In this document: positions 45,364 through 56,439 of the stretch, one piece after another
Position numbering within the stretch: the stretch's first letter is position 1
Layout: every line of letters begins with the position of its first letter
Source: Planococcus sp. (in: firmicutes)
GTDB lineage: Bacteria; Bacillota; Bacilli; Bacillales_A; Planococcaceae
Assembly (NCBI GenBank): GCA_041553775.1
Contig: JBFEIJ010000006.1
Location: forward strand, 4,037 to 68,036
Reading direction: 5' to 3'
Length of the DNA stretch: 64,000 nt
Program-made: the position numbers and the translations under genes
The notes under the pieces: model-generated
Told to the model about the DNA's origin: nothing
The model's input: only the letters and a program-made list of their open reading frames with translations
Databases searched by the model: none

Positions 45364-47529
45364 TTACAAAGAATCTATTTTATCAAATGGCATTGGACGG
45401 TAGAAGTAATAGCCTTGCCCAATACGGCATCCTAGATTGATGAGTATCTTCCGTTGTTCATCTGTTTCGATTCCTTCCGCCACAACCATCATCTGCAGAT
45501 TTTCCGCAAGTTGAATAATTGTCCGCACAATCGCCATTGTTGAAGGCTCATGTATTTTCGAAACAAATGCCCGGTCGATTTTTATTTCTTGAATCGGCAG
45601 CTTTTGCAAATAACTTAACGACGAATACCCCGTTCCAAAATCGTCGATTGAACACGTAAAACCATACATCTTCAAGCGGTTGAACACGGTAAAGGCCGTT
45701 TCAATATCTACAAATCCGATTCGTTCAGTGATTTCCAAGCGAATCCATTTCGATTCAATTCCAAAACGGGATGTGATGTTCATCAAATAGGGAATAAACG
45801 AATGGTGAAAGAAATGATCCGTTGAAATATTGACTGCTACTTGGCTGATTTCATAGCCGCGATCCAATTGATATTTCAACCACTTGACCACTTTCTTCAT
45901 CACAAGCTGTTCCAGCTCACGAATTTTACCGTTCTTTTCCGCCACTGGGATGAAAATTTCTGGAGAAATCGTTCCAAGATCTGCGGAGAACCAACGGGCA
46001 AGCGCTTCATACCCCATAATCTTCCCACTCTTCAGCTCCACTTTCGGCTGGAGATGAACATCAATTTCTTCGCGCTTTATTGCAGCCGTCAGTTCATTGC
46101 CTATCTGCAAATCTCTCATCATAAATTCATCGTGTTCGTTTTCATAATAACAAACCAATTCTCCGGCTCGCACTTTCGCTTTAGACAACGCACTATCTGC
46201 ATGGCGAATTAGCTCATCACCATTTCGCTGCGTTTGAGTAATTATGGCAACACCCATTTTCAATGTTAAAAATAACTCCAACTCGTGCACGTTTACCGGT
46301 TCGGCAGCACATTGCTTCAGAACTCTGAGCGTATCCTGTATATTGCTAAGTGGCGTCAGGCAAAAAATAGCGATGGTCGAATCCGAAAAACGCGCGACTA
46401 GACTTCGCTGAGGCAAAGATGCCAACAGAAAACGTTTGCCTATTTTCTGGATCAGCACATCCCCCGCTCTATGGCCGTATTGATCGACAATTTTAATGTA
46501 TTCATCTACTGAAACGAATGCTACAAAGCCTTCTTCATCTTCCTCGATCAACGCTTGGATTTCGTTCATGAAATAATTACGATTTGGCAAATCCGATTCT
46601 TTATCCAAAAATGCCAAACGCGTCATTTCTTCTTGTTGCCGGAAGTATTTGATCGTAAGCGAGACGATCGGTGCAACTTGCTTGATAAAATCCCGATCTG
46701 CGGCAGCTAACGTGCTTTCTTCGTGAAAATAAATTCCAAACAACCCGATAGCATCGCCAGCAGAATCCAATATCGGCAAAGACCAACTTGAAAACAAGCC
46801 GTATTGCTCGTCGATTTCTTGATTGACTGCCGAAAACGAACCGGCCTTCAGGTCTTCAAAAGCTATTTTTTCTTCCGAAAAATAAGGCACGTCATTAGAC
46901 GTTTCCACATTTCCCATTGCTATCTCATTCACAGTATTGTCGAGCATGAAATTGCTCATTTCTGTTTGAACATTATCTTCTTCCTCGTCTAAAATGACCG
47001 AACATTTCGCCCCGTCTTGGAAAAAAGATTCTACAGCTGTACAGGCTTTTTGCAATAACACTTTCAGCGTATAACCTTTTTCTAAATCGTTATACGTTTC
47101 TTGCTGCAGCTTGATAAGCGCTTCGGTGCGCTTTCTATACGTGATGTCACGAGTTAACAGGAGCATAAACCTCGAATCAGATTCGTCTACACTAATGGGC
47201 TGAATCGTAATTTCCACCCAAAACGGCATGCCGTCTTTTCGGTAATTGATGATTTCTTTGACACAAGCTCTGCCAGCATCGATGCATTGCCGAATTTGCC
47301 GGCTGACTTCTTGGTTCGTTTTCGAACCGTGCAGAAATTTCCCATTTCTACCGACCACTTCATGCAATGGATACCCACTCATCTCGCAAAATGCCTTATT
47401 GGCATACACGATTGGATTGTCCTCTGCTTGCGGGTTGGTGACGATAAACCCTGTTTGAAATTCCACTCCGAGACGCTTTAGCCAGTTAACGACAATCCGC
47501 GTTTCTTTTTTTCTTTGATCAATCTGCAT
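45364..47529 (-). CDS. LOV-like PAS + GAF-like + degenerate GGDEF + EAL protein (putative c-di-GMP phosphodiesterase)
   Basis: DNPIVYAN..F..MSGY....VGRNGKFLHG...NYRKDG.PFW; GGDEF site reads SDSTI; EAL and DDFGTGYSS intact; GGAGG RBS before the ATG at 47529. Confidence 0.88.
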   Translation of the reverse strand: MQIDQRKKETRIVVNWLKRLGVEFQTGFIVTNPQAEDNPIVYANKAFCEMSGYPLHEVVGRNGKFLHGSKTNQEVSRQIRQCIDAGRACVKEIINYRKDGMPFWVEITIQPISVDESDSRFMLLLTRDITYRKRTEALIKLQQETYNDLEKGYTLKVLLQKACTAVESFFQDGAKCSVILDEEEDNVQTEMSNFMLDNTVNEIAMGNVETSNDVPYFSEEKIAFEDLKAGSFSAVNQEIDEQYGLFSSWSLPILDSAGDAIGLFGIYFHEESTLAAADRDFIKQVAPIVSLTIKYFRQQEEMTRLAFLDKESDLPNRNYFMNEIQALIEEDEEGFVAFVSVDEYIKIVDQYGHRAGDVLIQKIGKRFLLASLPQRSLVARFSDSTIAIFCLTPLSNIQDTLRVLKQCAAEPVNVHELELFLTLKMGVAIITQTQRNGDELIRHADSALSKAKVRAGELVCYYENEHDEFMMRDLQIGNELTAAIKREEIDVHLQPKVELKSGKIMGYEALARWFSADLGTISPEIFIPVAEKNGKIRELEQLVMKKVVKWLKYQLDRGYEISQVAVNISTDHFFHHSFIPYLMNITSRFGIESKWIRLEITERIGFVDIETAFTVFNRLKMYGFTCSIDDFGTGYSSLSYLQKLPIQEIKIDRAFVSKIHEPSTMAIVRTIIQLAENLQMMVVAEGIETDEQRKILINLGCRIGQGYYFYRPMPFDKIDSL

Positions 47530-47612
47530 TTGCAGGTCCTCCACGTTACTCAAATCTATTTTTCGACAAAAAAACAGCTGCCTGTTATGAAAAATTGGGC
47601 AGCTGTAGTTGT

Positions 47613-48854
47613 TTATTTGTACAACGGAAAACTCGCTGTCAGCTTCGCTGTGCGATCCGCCGCTTCTTTTTTAACCGCTTCGTTTTCAGGATCTTTCAGT
47701 AAAGATGCCATGATTGATGCGATTTCTTTCATTTCTGGCTCTTTGAACCCTCGTGATGTCACAGCTGGCGTCCCTAAACGAATGCCTGAAGTAACAAATG
47801 GGCTTTCCGGGTCGAAAGGAATCGTATTCTTATTTGTTGTAATGCCCACTTCATCAAGAGCATGTTCAGCCACTTTTCCTGTTAAATTCAATGACCGTAA
47901 ATCAAGCAGCAACAAGTGGTTGTCTGTGCCGTTCGAAACGACGTTGACGCCTTCAGCCATCAGACCTTCAGCTAATGCTTGAGCATTTTTAACAACTTGT
48001 TCAATATACGTTTTGAATTCAGGCTGTTGCGCTTCGCCAAATGCTACCGCTTTTGCTGCGATTACATGCATCAACGGACCGCCTTGAATGCCTGGGAAGA
48101 TGGTTTTGTCGATTTTTTTCGCGAATTCCTCTTTGCAGAGAATCAAACCGCCACGCGGTCCGCGCAATGTTTTATGTGTTGTCGATGTAACGAAATGTGC
48201 ATGCGGGACTGGGTTCGGATGTGCACCAGTTGCCACCAAGCCTGCAATATGTGCCATGTCGACCATCAAATAAGCATCTATTTCATCCGCGATTTCACGG
48301 AATTTAGCAAAATCCAATGTGCGGGAATACGCACTAGCGCCTGCCACAATCATTTTCGGTTTGTGTTCCAAAGCCGCTTCACGCACTTTGTCGTAATCGA
48401 TTAATTGCGTATCTTTGTCGACGCCATATTCCACGAAATTATACTGCATTCCACTGAAATTGACTTTGCTACCGTGTGTTAAATGTCCGCCATGATTCAA
48501 GTTCATGCCGAGAATCGTATCGCCTTTATCCAAAACCGCCGTATAAACTGCCATATTGGCTTGCGATCCTGAATGCGGCTGAACGTTCGCATGATCTGCG
48601 CCGAAAATTTCTTTCAAGCGGTCGCGTGCGATATTTTCTACAATGTCCACAAATTCACAGCCACCGTAATAACGTTTTCCAGGATAACCTTCTGCGTATT
48701 TGTTCGTTAACACTGAACCTTGGGCTTCCATTACTGTAGGTGACACGAAGTTCTCAGAGGCGATCAGTTCAATGTTCGCTTCCTGACGCTGCTTTTCTGC
48801 TTCCATTGCTTCATAAACTGCCGGGTCTTGCGCTTTAATCAATTCCATCTCCAT
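47613..48854 (-). CDS. glyA: Serine hydroxymethyltransferase
   Basis: [34 protein letters not shown]. Confidence 0.98.
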   Translation of the reverse strand: MEMELIKAQDPAVYEAMEAEKQRQEANIELIASENFVSPTVMEAQGSVLTNKYAEGYPGKRYYGGCEFVDIVENIARDRLKEIFGADHANVQPHSGSQANMAVYTAVLDKGDTILGMNLNHGGHLTHGSKVNFSGMQYNFVEYGVDKDTQLIDYDKVREAALEHKPKMIVAGASAYSRTLDFAKFREIADEIDAYLMVDMAHIAGLVATGAHPNPVPHAHFVTSTTHKTLRGPRGGLILCKEEFAKKIDKTIFPGIQGGPLMHVIAAKAVAFGEAQQPEFKTYIEQVVKNAQALAEGLMAEGVNVVSNGTDNHLLLLDLRSLNLTGKVAEHALDEVGITTNKNTIPFDPESPFVTSGIRLGTPAVTSRGFKEPEMKEIASIMASLLKDPENEAVKKEAADRTAKLTASFPLYK

Positions 48855-49425
48855 CTGTAAATCCCTCCTGTAAGTGAACAAGCTGACGTTTGTAGCTCGC
48901 ACGCTCTCCGCCGATCAATTTCGGCCGAGTCGTAGCGGCTGAGACAATCGCTTCTCCTACTAGTTTAACAGAAGTTCGGAGAGGAACGGCTACTCTTTTT
49001 AAATGCATGCCAATCATTGTTTGGCCGATGTCGATTCCAGCATGCGCTTGAATCTCTTCGACAACGACCGGATCGTTCATCACGGTGTATGCGTGCGCAC
49101 TCATCGAGCCTCCTGCTTTCGGTACGGGAATAACAGAGACCGGCTCCAGATTGTATTTTTCCGCAACCTGGCGCTCAATCGTCAACGCTCGATTAATATG
49201 TTCACATCCTTGGAAAGCCAAAAATATCCGGTGGCGCGCAGCAAATTTTTCAAGCGGCTTGTATAGATTTTCTGCGATATCAAGTCCGCCTCCTGTACCG
49301 ATGCGCTGTCCAGCCACTTCTGATGTGGAACAGCCGACTACGAATACTTGACCTTTCTTGAACTGAATCTGCTGCTCTAATTCACTAAGCACTTCTTCAA
49401 GCTGCAATTCCCATAACGTCTGCAT
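48835..49425 (-). CDS. ywlG: YwlG/TIGR01440 (DUF436) family protein
   Basis: [38 protein letters not shown]. Confidence 0.9.
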   Translation of the reverse strand: MQTLWELQLEEVLSELEQQIQFKKGQVFVVGCSTSEVAGQRIGTGGGLDIAENLYKPLEKFAARHRIFLAFQGCEHINRALTIERQVAEKYNLEPVSVIPVPKAGGSMSAHAYTVMNDPVVVEEIQAHAGIDIGQTMIGMHLKRVAVPLRTSVKLVGEAIVSAATTRPKLIGGERASYKRQLVHLQEGFTDGDGID

Positions 49426-49442
49426 ATCGCCCACCCCTTCAA

Positions 49443-49880
49443 TTAGTTTTCGAGGTTAGAAATTTTTTCAATGCGATTCTGGTGGCGGCCGCCTTCAAAT
49501 TCTTCTGCTAGCCACGTTTTAACGATTTCCCGTGCATGACCAGGGCCGATAACGCGTTCGCCCATAGCTAGAATATTGGAGTTATTATGTCCTCTTGTCG
49601 CTTTTGCACTGAACACATCATGTACAAGCGCGCAGCGAATGCCTTTTACTTTATTTGCAGCGATGGACATGCCGATTCCAGTTCCGCAAATGAGGATGCC
49701 GCGTTCGTATTCACCGCTGACAACTGCCTCTGCAACTGGTTTCGCGTAATCCGGATAATCCACCGAATCGTCTGTTTGAGGTCCGAAATCTTTGTATTCA
49801 ATTCCTGATTCATCCAATAAATTCATAATGTCTTTGCGTAAAACGTTACCGCCGTGATCTGAAGAAATTGCTATTTTCAT
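49443..49880 (-). CDS. rpiB: Ribose-5-phosphate isomerase B
   Basis: SDHGG, DYPD, CGTGIG, FEGGRH. Confidence 0.95.
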   Translation of the reverse strand: MKIAISSDHGGNVLRKDIMNLLDESGIEYKDFGPQTDDSVDYPDYAKPVAEAVVSGEYERGILICGTGIGMSIAANKVKGIRCALVHDVFSAKATRGHNNSNILAMGERVIGPGHAREIVKTWLAEEFEGGRHQNRIEKISNLEN

Positions 49881-50051
49881 GAAAAACCCTCTTTTCTATT
49901 TTCTGTAGAGCAGTGAGCCTAAACTCAACTCCCACTTTTCTATTATTCTATCATCATTATCCGAAAAAACCTACAAAGCCGGCATGCATCCCACGACTAT
50001 CTTCAGCGCATAAAAAAACCATCCGCATTTTTCGCAGATGGCCTAATTTCA

Positions 50052-50483
50052 TTATTCATTTAACTTATCCACAAGTTGATCAACCAACATTTTCAGTTCG
50101 TTGTACGTCTGTTGATAAGTATGCAAAGATCCGCCAAAAGGATCGCTGACATCCGCCAAACGCCCTTCTGCAAATTCTTTTAAGGTGAAAATTTTATCGC
50201 TCGCTTCCGGATGGTGCTGCAGCAAATATTGCTTATGACTTGCGGTCATTGTCAGCACAAGCGACGACCATTGAAGATCGTCGGGCATGAATTGTTTAGA
50301 CGTATGTTGAAATTCGATTCCATCTTCAGCAAGCACGGTTTGCGCATTCCGAGATAATGGCGCTTCACCTGCAAATATACCAGCTGACCGCACTTCGACG
50401 CCCGGCACTTTTTTCGCTTCAAGCAAAGCTTGTGCCATCGGGCTGCGGCACGTATTGCCCGTACAAACAAAGAAAATATTCAT
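50052..50483 (-). CDS. ywlE: Low-molecular-weight protein (arginine) phosphatase
   Basis: CTGNTCRSPMA P-loop, DVSDPFGG; synteny. Confidence 0.88.
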   Translation of the reverse strand: MNIFFVCTGNTCRSPMAQALLEAKKVPGVEVRSAGIFAGEAPLSRNAQTVLAEDGIEFQHTSKQFMPDDLQWSSLVLTMTASHKQYLLQHHPEASDKIFTLKEFAEGRLADVSDPFGGSLHTYQQTYNELKMLVDQLVDKLNE

Positions 50484-50507
50484 CTTATCCACCGCCTTGT
50501 TAGGAGA

Positions 50508-51500
50508 TTAGCAGAACCATTTATGATCAGCCGCTTTTTCAAGCCTGTTCATCATCGCATCGCCTTTTTCACTAGTTGTCGACACAGCGGCCAAAATCAT
50601 GTCCGCTTTCAATACATCGCTTTTCCGTAAACTGGCGTAAAGCGATTCATCGGTTAACGGAAAATGGAAGTCTGCACTAACAAACTCCTCTTCACTTAAC
50701 ACAGCCACTTTTTTGCCGCCATTTTGGATATGCTTGATCGCTTTTTCGATCAATGTTCGATCATGTTCAATTAAATAAACAGGCGCTTCGGGTGCATAAT
50801 GGATATACTTCATCCCCGGCGCTTTTGGCGCGTCGCCTTGGATTTCAGAGGATAAACGGACTTTGCCAATCACCTCTTCTATCTGTTCTTGCGTAATGCG
50901 TCCCGGCCGTAAAATAACTGGCGGTTGCGACGTCATATCCAAAACGGTTGATTCCAGCCCGATTGCTGTCGCCCCCCCGTCTAAAATGAGCGGGATTTTC
51001 CCGTTCATATCGTGGTAGACATGTTCCGCTAAAGTCGGACTCGGTTTGCCGCTTGTATTCGCACTCGGTGCTGCAAGTGGAAACGGCAGCCGCTTCAATA
51101 AATTCAACGCTACCGGATGATCCGGCACGCGAATTCCCACCGTTGGAAGTCCAACAGTGACGTTTTCAGCAAATAGTTCCGGTTTAGATTTGACAATCAA
51201 GGTCAACGCTCCTGGCCAAAATGCATCCATGCATTGAAGTGCCAGCGGCGACAAGTCTTCCGCATAGTCCATCGCTTTCGCTTTTGAATCGACATGAACG
51301 ATAAGCGGATTATCCGCCGGACGCCCTTTCGCTTCAAATATTTTAGCGACAGCCTCCGAATTCGTCGCATCAGCGCCTAATCCATAAACTGTTTCTGTCG
51401 GAAATGCGACAATCCCGCCATTTTTTAAGATTTCCACAGACTGTGAATAAGTTTCTTCTTTATTCACATTTCTATCCACAAGTATGGTTTCAGTCTGCAT
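50508..51500 (-). CDS. ywlC: Threonylcarbamoyl-AMP synthase (Sua5/YwlC)
   Basis: PTETVYGL, KGRPADNPLIVH, APSAN.SG, APGMKY.HYAP. Confidence 0.95.
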   Translation of the reverse strand: MQTETILVDRNVNKEETYSQSVEILKNGGIVAFPTETVYGLGADATNSEAVAKIFEAKGRPADNPLIVHVDSKAKAMDYAEDLSPLALQCMDAFWPGALTLIVKSKPELFAENVTVGLPTVGIRVPDHPVALNLLKRLPFPLAAPSANTSGKPSPTLAEHVYHDMNGKIPLILDGGATAIGLESTVLDMTSQPPVILRPGRITQEQIEEVIGKVRLSSEIQGDAPKAPGMKYIHYAPEAPVYLIEHDRTLIEKAIKHIQNGGKKVAVLSEEEFVSADFHFPLTDESLYASLRKSDVLKADMILAAVSTTSEKGDAMMNRLEKAADHKWFC

Positions 51501-51577
51501 GTTAACAACTCCCATTTTAACAGCATTTCTATCATTCTATCCACAAAATGTGGATAACTGCTGTGTGTTTGTCCATA
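51430..51577. promoter_or_regulatory. DnaA-box cluster at the 5' end of ywlC/sua5
   Basis: Perfect TT(A/T)TNCACA boxes at 51442-51450(-), 51461-51469 and 51549-51557(-); one-mismatch boxes at 51430, 51472 and 51537. Confidence 0.8.
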
Positions 51578-51589
51578 AACTGTTAGTAA

Positions 51590-52447
51590 CTATACGTTAA
51601 GGCAAAAAACCATGCGGTCATTTTTGTTGATATCTTTTTTTACATACACTTCAGCAGCTGGAAAAGCTTGCTGAAGCATGTTTTTGACAGCGTCGCCTTG
51701 TAGATGTCCGATTTCAAAGCCGATAATTCCCGGTTTGTTCAATAGATCCGGCAATTCACGAGCCATTCGACGGTACAACACAAGCCCTTCTTCATCAGCA
51801 AATAATGCGTTATGAGGTTCATGATCACGAACCGTATCGGCCAGATCTGCCGCTTCTCCGCGTGCAATATACGGCGGATTCGATAACACGACGTCCCATT
51901 TGTGACCGCTAATCGGCTCAGTTAGATCACCTAGCTTGAATTCCACATCCGCACCGTGACACGCCGCATTTTGTTCAGCTGTGACCAGCGCTTTTTCTGA
52001 AATATCCACAGCAACCACATGCGCAGCCGGCAGTTCACATTTCATTGTGACGCCGATTACGCCGCTGCCTGTACCAATGTCAGCAATCGACGGATTCGCA
52101 GCTGGAAAATAACGCTGCACCAATCGAAGTGTTTCTTCTATTAATTCTTCTGTTTCTGGTCGTGGAATGAGCACGTCTTTATTCACTTTGAATTCACGGC
52201 CGTAAAATTCCTCTATGCCTGTCAAATGCTGTACCGGCACTCCCGTTGCATGCTGTTTGACCTTGAGGCAGAAATGTTCGTCTTTCTGCGGATCAATCGG
52301 GTCACGTAATGACGCGAGCAATCCCGCCTGCGACAACCCAAGTTCATGTTGCAAAAGCAGGCGCGCAGCATTTTCTTCACGACCTTCTGCTTTCAAAAAA
52401 GAAGAAGCCCAGTTAAGGGCCTCATACACTCGTTTTGCATTAGTCAT
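51590..52447 (-). CDS. prmC: Release factor glutamine methyltransferase
   Basis: [20 protein letters not shown]. Confidence 0.96.
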   Translation of the reverse strand: MTNAKRVYEALNWASSFLKAEGREENAARLLLQHELGLSQAGLLASLRDPIDPQKDEHFCLKVKQHATGVPVQHLTGIEEFYGREFKVNKDVLIPRPETEELIEETLRLVQRYFPAANPSIADIGTGSGVIGVTMKCELPAAHVVAVDISEKALVTAEQNAACHGADVEFKLGDLTEPISGHKWDVVLSNPPYIARGEAADLADTVRDHEPHNALFADEEGLVLYRRMARELPDLLNKPGIIGFEIGHLQGDAVKNMLQQAFPAAEVYVKKDINKNDRMVFCLNV

Positions 52448-53513
52448 TGTTCAAGGCTTCCATTTTGGCTGATTGTTCTTCCACAATCAAAGCTTCCACA
52501 ACTTCATCCATCTTCCCTTGCATGATTTGATCCAATTTTTGAATGGTCAAACCGATGCGGTGATCGGTCACACGGTTTTGCGGGAAATTGTACGTACGGA
52601 TTCGTTCTGAGCGGTCACCTGTACCCACTGCTGATTTTCGAACAGCGTCGTATTCAGCTTGCGCTTCTTGTTGGAATTTATCGTAGACGCGTGCGCGAAG
52701 AACTTTCATTGCACTCGCCTTGTTCTTGATCTGTGATTTTTCATCCTGACACGTTACCACTGTGTTTGTCGGTATGTGCGTTAAACGTACAGCCGACATG
52801 GTCGTATTTACCGATTGTCCACCGGCTCCTGATGAAGCATATGTGTCGACGCGGATATCGTTGTCGTGGATTTCCACTTCAACTTCTTCCACTTCCGGCA
52901 AACATGCCACAGTTGCAGTCGATGTATGAATACGTCCGCCCGATTCTGTTTCAGGTACACGCTGCACGCGGTGTGCGCCGTTTTCGTATTTCAATTTTGA
53001 ATACGCGCCTTTACCGGCAATCATGAAGACGATTTCCTTAAAGCCGCCGAGTCCTGTCGGGTTTGAATCCATGATTGTCACTTTCCAACCATTCGATTCT
53101 GCAAAACGGCTGTACATGCGGTACAGATCGCCAGCAAATAATGCTGCCTCATCGCCGCCTGCCGCTCCTCGAATTTCCATGATGACGTTTTTATCGTCAT
53201 TCGGATCTTTCGGAATCAATAAAACGTGAAGACGGTCTTCAATCGCTTCTAATTGTTCTTCCAACTCATTTACTTCTTCTTTTACCATTTCGCGCATATC
53301 CGCATCAAGCTTGTCGTCGAACATCGCTTTTGCGCCGTCCAATTGCTCTTTTAGGTCTTTGTATTCGCGGTACGCTTCAACCGTATCTTGTAAATCCGAT
53401 TGCTCTTTGGAATAATCGCGGAGCTTGTTTGTATCGCTGACGATTTCCGGATCGCTCAGCAATTCATTTAATCGGTCGTATCGATCTTCTACAGCTTGTA
53501 ATCGATCAAACAT
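52440..53513 (-). CDS. prfA: Peptide chain release factor 1
   Basis: [21 protein letters not shown]. Confidence 0.98.
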   Translation of the reverse strand: MFDRLQAVEDRYDRLNELLSDPEIVSDTNKLRDYSKEQSDLQDTVEAYREYKDLKEQLDGAKAMFDDKLDADMREMVKEEVNELEEQLEAIEDRLHVLLIPKDPNDDKNVIMEIRGAAGGDEAALFAGDLYRMYSRFAESNGWKVTIMDSNPTGLGGFKEIVFMIAGKGAYSKLKYENGAHRVQRVPETESGGRIHTSTATVACLPEVEEVEVEIHDNDIRVDTYASSGAGGQSVNTTMSAVRLTHIPTNTVVTCQDEKSQIKNKASAMKVLRARVYDKFQQEAQAEYDAVRKSAVGTGDRSERIRTYNFPQNRVTDHRIGLTIQKLDQIMQGKMDEVVEALIVEEQSAKMEALNND

Positions 53514-53563
53514 CCCGAATCACCTCTATTTTCTTTTTATGATTGATAGATATTTTTTGTTTA

Positions 53564-53660
53564 CCGCTTCGGACGCTCAGGGCATGGCTCTCGCAATAAG
53601 CCAGGTAAAGAACACCTGTCTTATTGCTTCGCCTAGCCCGTTGACGCGCCTTCGCTAAGA
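53564..53660. repeat. Structured intergenic hairpin element (probable dispersed repeat)
   Basis: Nested stems GCAATAAG-CCAGGT..ACCTG-TCTTATTGC; only one copy in this window. Confidence 0.45.
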
Positions 53661-53670
53661 AATTTCTCAA

Positions 53671-53861
53671 TATGGAGCAAAATAGCGGATAAAACCTTAC
53701 TGCTCCTACAGTACTCCGCACTTCGTCGCAAAGACATGCCTTCGCAGGCTTCGGGCATGTCTTGCCTGCGGGGAAGCGAGACAGCCGAGACCCCACAAGG
53801 AGCGAAGCGACTGAGGAGGCTTGGCGCTCGCCCGCGGCAAGCGAAGCTATTTTGCTCCATA
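53671..53861. mobile_element. MITE-like intergenic element with 16-bp terminal inverted repeats and a nested insertion
   Basis: TATGGAGCAAAATAGC (53671-53686) and GCTATTTTGCTCCATA (53846-53861); interior CCTGCGGG...GAGACCCCACA...GAGGAGGCT...CCCGCGG.AAGCG resembles a common Bacillales repeat; no credible coding capacity. Confidence 0.65.
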
Positions 53862-53895
53862 TAATAATAAATATTCATATGTGCAATTTATAAAG

Positions 53896-54489
53896 TTATT
53901 TATTCACCGTAACGCCAGCTGGCACTTCGTGGTGGTGTCGGCAGCGTGGTTCGTATGCTTCAGATGCTCCGACTAGGATCGTTGGGTCATCTGAACCTGC
54001 AGGACGGCCGTCGATTAGGCGCTGTGTGCGGCTTGCGGGCGATCCGCATACTGTGCAGACAGCCTGTAATTTCGTTACTTGTTCTGCGATAGACAATAGG
54101 GCCGGCATCGGGCCGAATGGGCGGCCTCTGAAATCCTGGTCAAGTCCCGCGACAATTACACGGTACCCGTGGTCTGCCAGTTTCTGAACGTTGTCGATAA
54201 TTCCTTCATCGAAAAATTGGGCTTCATCAATCGCAATCATATCGAATTCATCTGAAATATAATTCCACATTTCTTCGGAATGTTCGATTGGCAACGCGAT
54301 GACTGTTGTTCCATTATGTGAGACAACCGCTTCTTCGCTATAACGATCGTCGATTTTCGGTTTAAATACTGCAATTTTTTGTTTCGCAAACTGTGCACGG
54401 CGCACACGACGGATCAATTCCTCCGATTTCCCTGAAAACATGCTTCCGCAAATCAACTCTACCCAGCCTGACTGTTTCATGACATACAT
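53896..54489 (-). CDS. tdk: Thymidine kinase
   Basis: [30 protein letters not shown]. Confidence 0.96.
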   Translation of the reverse strand: MYVMKQSGWVELICGSMFSGKSEELIRRVRRAQFAKQKIAVFKPKIDDRYSEEAVVSHNGTTVIALPIEHSEEMWNYISDEFDMIAIDEAQFFDEGIIDNVQKLADHGYRVIVAGLDQDFRGRPFGPMPALLSIAEQVTKLQAVCTVCGSPASRTQRLIDGRPAGSDDPTILVGASEAYEPRCRHHHEVPAGVTVNK

Positions 54490-54665
54490 ATGTGAGACCC
54501 CTTTCAAACGCTTTTATCATTTATTATCATACCTAAAATTTCAATTGAATACTGCATTTTTCCATATATACTGTCCACGGAATTATCGAATCCGCTGTTT
54601 TAAAGGCTTTGTAAACAAAAAAATACCCGCCTCGCGTTTTCGCGCTTGGCAGGTATATTCTGATC

Positions 54666-54881
54666 TTACTCGTTGATTTCTTCTTTGATGCCGTATTTTT
54701 TGTTGAAACGGTCTACGCGACCATCTGCAGCAGCGAATTTCTGGCGTCCAGTGTAGAATGGGTGGCACTCAGAGCAAAGCTCGACGTTGATGTTCTCTTT
54801 TACAGAACCTGTAGTGAAGCTGTTGCCGCAAGAGCAAGTTACTGTTGCTTGTTTGTAATCTGGATGAATACCTGTTTTCAT
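54666..54881 (-). CDS. rpmE: 50S ribosomal protein L31 (Zn-binding type)
   Basis: [23 protein letters not shown]. Confidence 0.97.
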   Translation of the reverse strand: MKTGIHPDYKQATVTCSCGNSFTTGSVKENINVELCSECHPFYTGRQKFAAADGRVDRFNKKYGIKEEINE

Positions 54882-54892
54882 GTGTTTTTCTC

Positions 54893-54926
54893 CTCTCGCC
54901 CTGAACCATCTGGAACAGAGTTCATA
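54893..54926 (-). promoter_or_regulatory. Candidate L31 ribosomal-protein leader (L31-Firmicutes-like)
   Basis: AACTCTGTTCCAGATGGTTCAGGGCG immediately before the RBS resembles the conserved rpmE leader of Firmicutes; recognised from memory, not by covariance model. Confidence 0.45.
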
Positions 54927-55032
54927 ATCTATTTTGCTATTGCCTTACATGGCTCTTTAGGCCATATATGCAATAGTCATGTATTGATTCACTTTCATAA
55001 TCATATCAAGTTTCACTTGCTTTTGCAAGCAT

Positions 55033-56316
55033 TTAGATCATCTTTTTATTGCCACGATGTGCTTTCATTTCGCTGTTTAACAGCTCGAAAAATTCTTCGT
55101 TTGTTTTCGTTTTGCCTAGCTTTTTCAAGAAACGCTCGCCAAAATCGTGGGAATCTGAGAATGTCTTGCGGATCGACCACAATTTCTCAAGCTGTTCCGG
55201 GTTAAGCAGCAATTCTTCTTTCCGCGTTCCTGAACGGCGTATATCGAGTGCCGGGAAAATGCGGCGTTCCGCTAAACTGCGATCGAGATGCAGCTCCATG
55301 TTGCCGGTGCCTTTGAATTCTTCGTAAATCACTTCGTCCATGCGAGATCCGGTATCGATCAACGCTGTCGCCAATATCGTCAAGCTTCCGCCTTCTTCGA
55401 TATTGCGCGCAGCTCCGAAAAAGCGTTTTGGCCGGTGGAATGCTGCTGGGTCTATTCCTCCCGATAGTGTACGCCCGCTAGGTGGAATGACCAAGTTATA
55501 TGCTCGCGCCAGGCGAGTGATCGAGTCCATCAAGATAACAACATCGCGTTTATGCTCGACAAGACGCATCGCGCGCTCTAATACGAGTTCCGCCACTTTG
55601 ACATGATTTTCCGGCACTTCATCAAACGTTGAAGATACGACATCCGCATCTACTGAACGCTCAATATCCGTTACTTCTTCCGGACGTTCGTCGATTAATA
55701 AGACAATCAATTCGGCATCAGGGTGATTGGTCGTAATCGAATTTGCGATTTCCTTCAACAACATCGTCTTGCCTGCTTTTGGTGGAGCCACGATCAATCC
55801 GCGTTGACCGAATCCAACTGGCGCCACAAGATCCATGATACGTGTCGACAAGTGGTCCGGCGTCGTTTCCAATTTAATGTGGCGGTCCGGATAAAGCGGC
55901 GTCAAGCCAGGGAAATGGACACGTTCTTTTGCAACTTCCGGGTCTTCTCCGTTAACCGCTTCCACTTGCAATAATCCGAAATAGCGCTCGTTTTCTTTTG
56001 GCGGGCGCACTTTTCCGGAAACTTTATCACCGTTACGTAAATCGAATCTACGAATTTGGGAAGCTGAAATGTAGATGTCTTGTGAGCTTGGTGAATAGTT
56101 AATCGGGCGCAGGAAGCCGAAGCCTTCCGACTGGATGATTTCTAAGACACCTTCCATAAAGAAGAAACCTTCTTGCTCTGCACGCGTTTTTAGAATCGCG
56201 AAAATCAATTCTTTTTTCGTCAGTTTGCTGTAATTGGTCAATTTGTATTCTTTCGCTAAATTATAAAGTTCTTTTAGCGTCATGTTTTCCAATGCGGAAA
56301 TTGTTATTGTCGTCAT
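55033..56316 (-). CDS. rho: Transcription termination factor Rho
   Basis: [28 protein letters not shown]. Confidence 0.98.
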   Translation of the reverse strand: MTTITISALENMTLKELYNLAKEYKLTNYSKLTKKELIFAILKTRAEQEGFFFMEGVLEIIQSEGFGFLRPINYSPSSQDIYISASQIRRFDLRNGDKVSGKVRPPKENERYFGLLQVEAVNGEDPEVAKERVHFPGLTPLYPDRHIKLETTPDHLSTRIMDLVAPVGFGQRGLIVAPPKAGKTMLLKEIANSITTNHPDAELIVLLIDERPEEVTDIERSVDADVVSSTFDEVPENHVKVAELVLERAMRLVEHKRDVVILMDSITRLARAYNLVIPPSGRTLSGGIDPAAFHRPKRFFGAARNIEEGGSLTILATALIDTGSRMDEVIYEEFKGTGNMELHLDRSLAERRIFPALDIRRSGTRKEELLLNPEQLEKLWSIRKTFSDSHDFGERFLKKLGKTKTNEEFFELLNSEMKAHRGNKKMI

Positions 56317-56439
56317 TAATGGGACACCACTCTTATTCATTTATTTAAGAAGCTATTTTGAGGATTGTACGTTGAAAGTACGGAAAGATTTTAAAGAAGG
56401 AGTCCGGCAAGAAGCCGGACTCAATTTGAAGTATGAAAG

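Noticed and set aside
53506-53878. ORFs 53506-53796 and 53633-53878 as a transposase or leader peptide
   Set aside because: They overlap the hairpin/MITE-like elements and have no transposase motifs.
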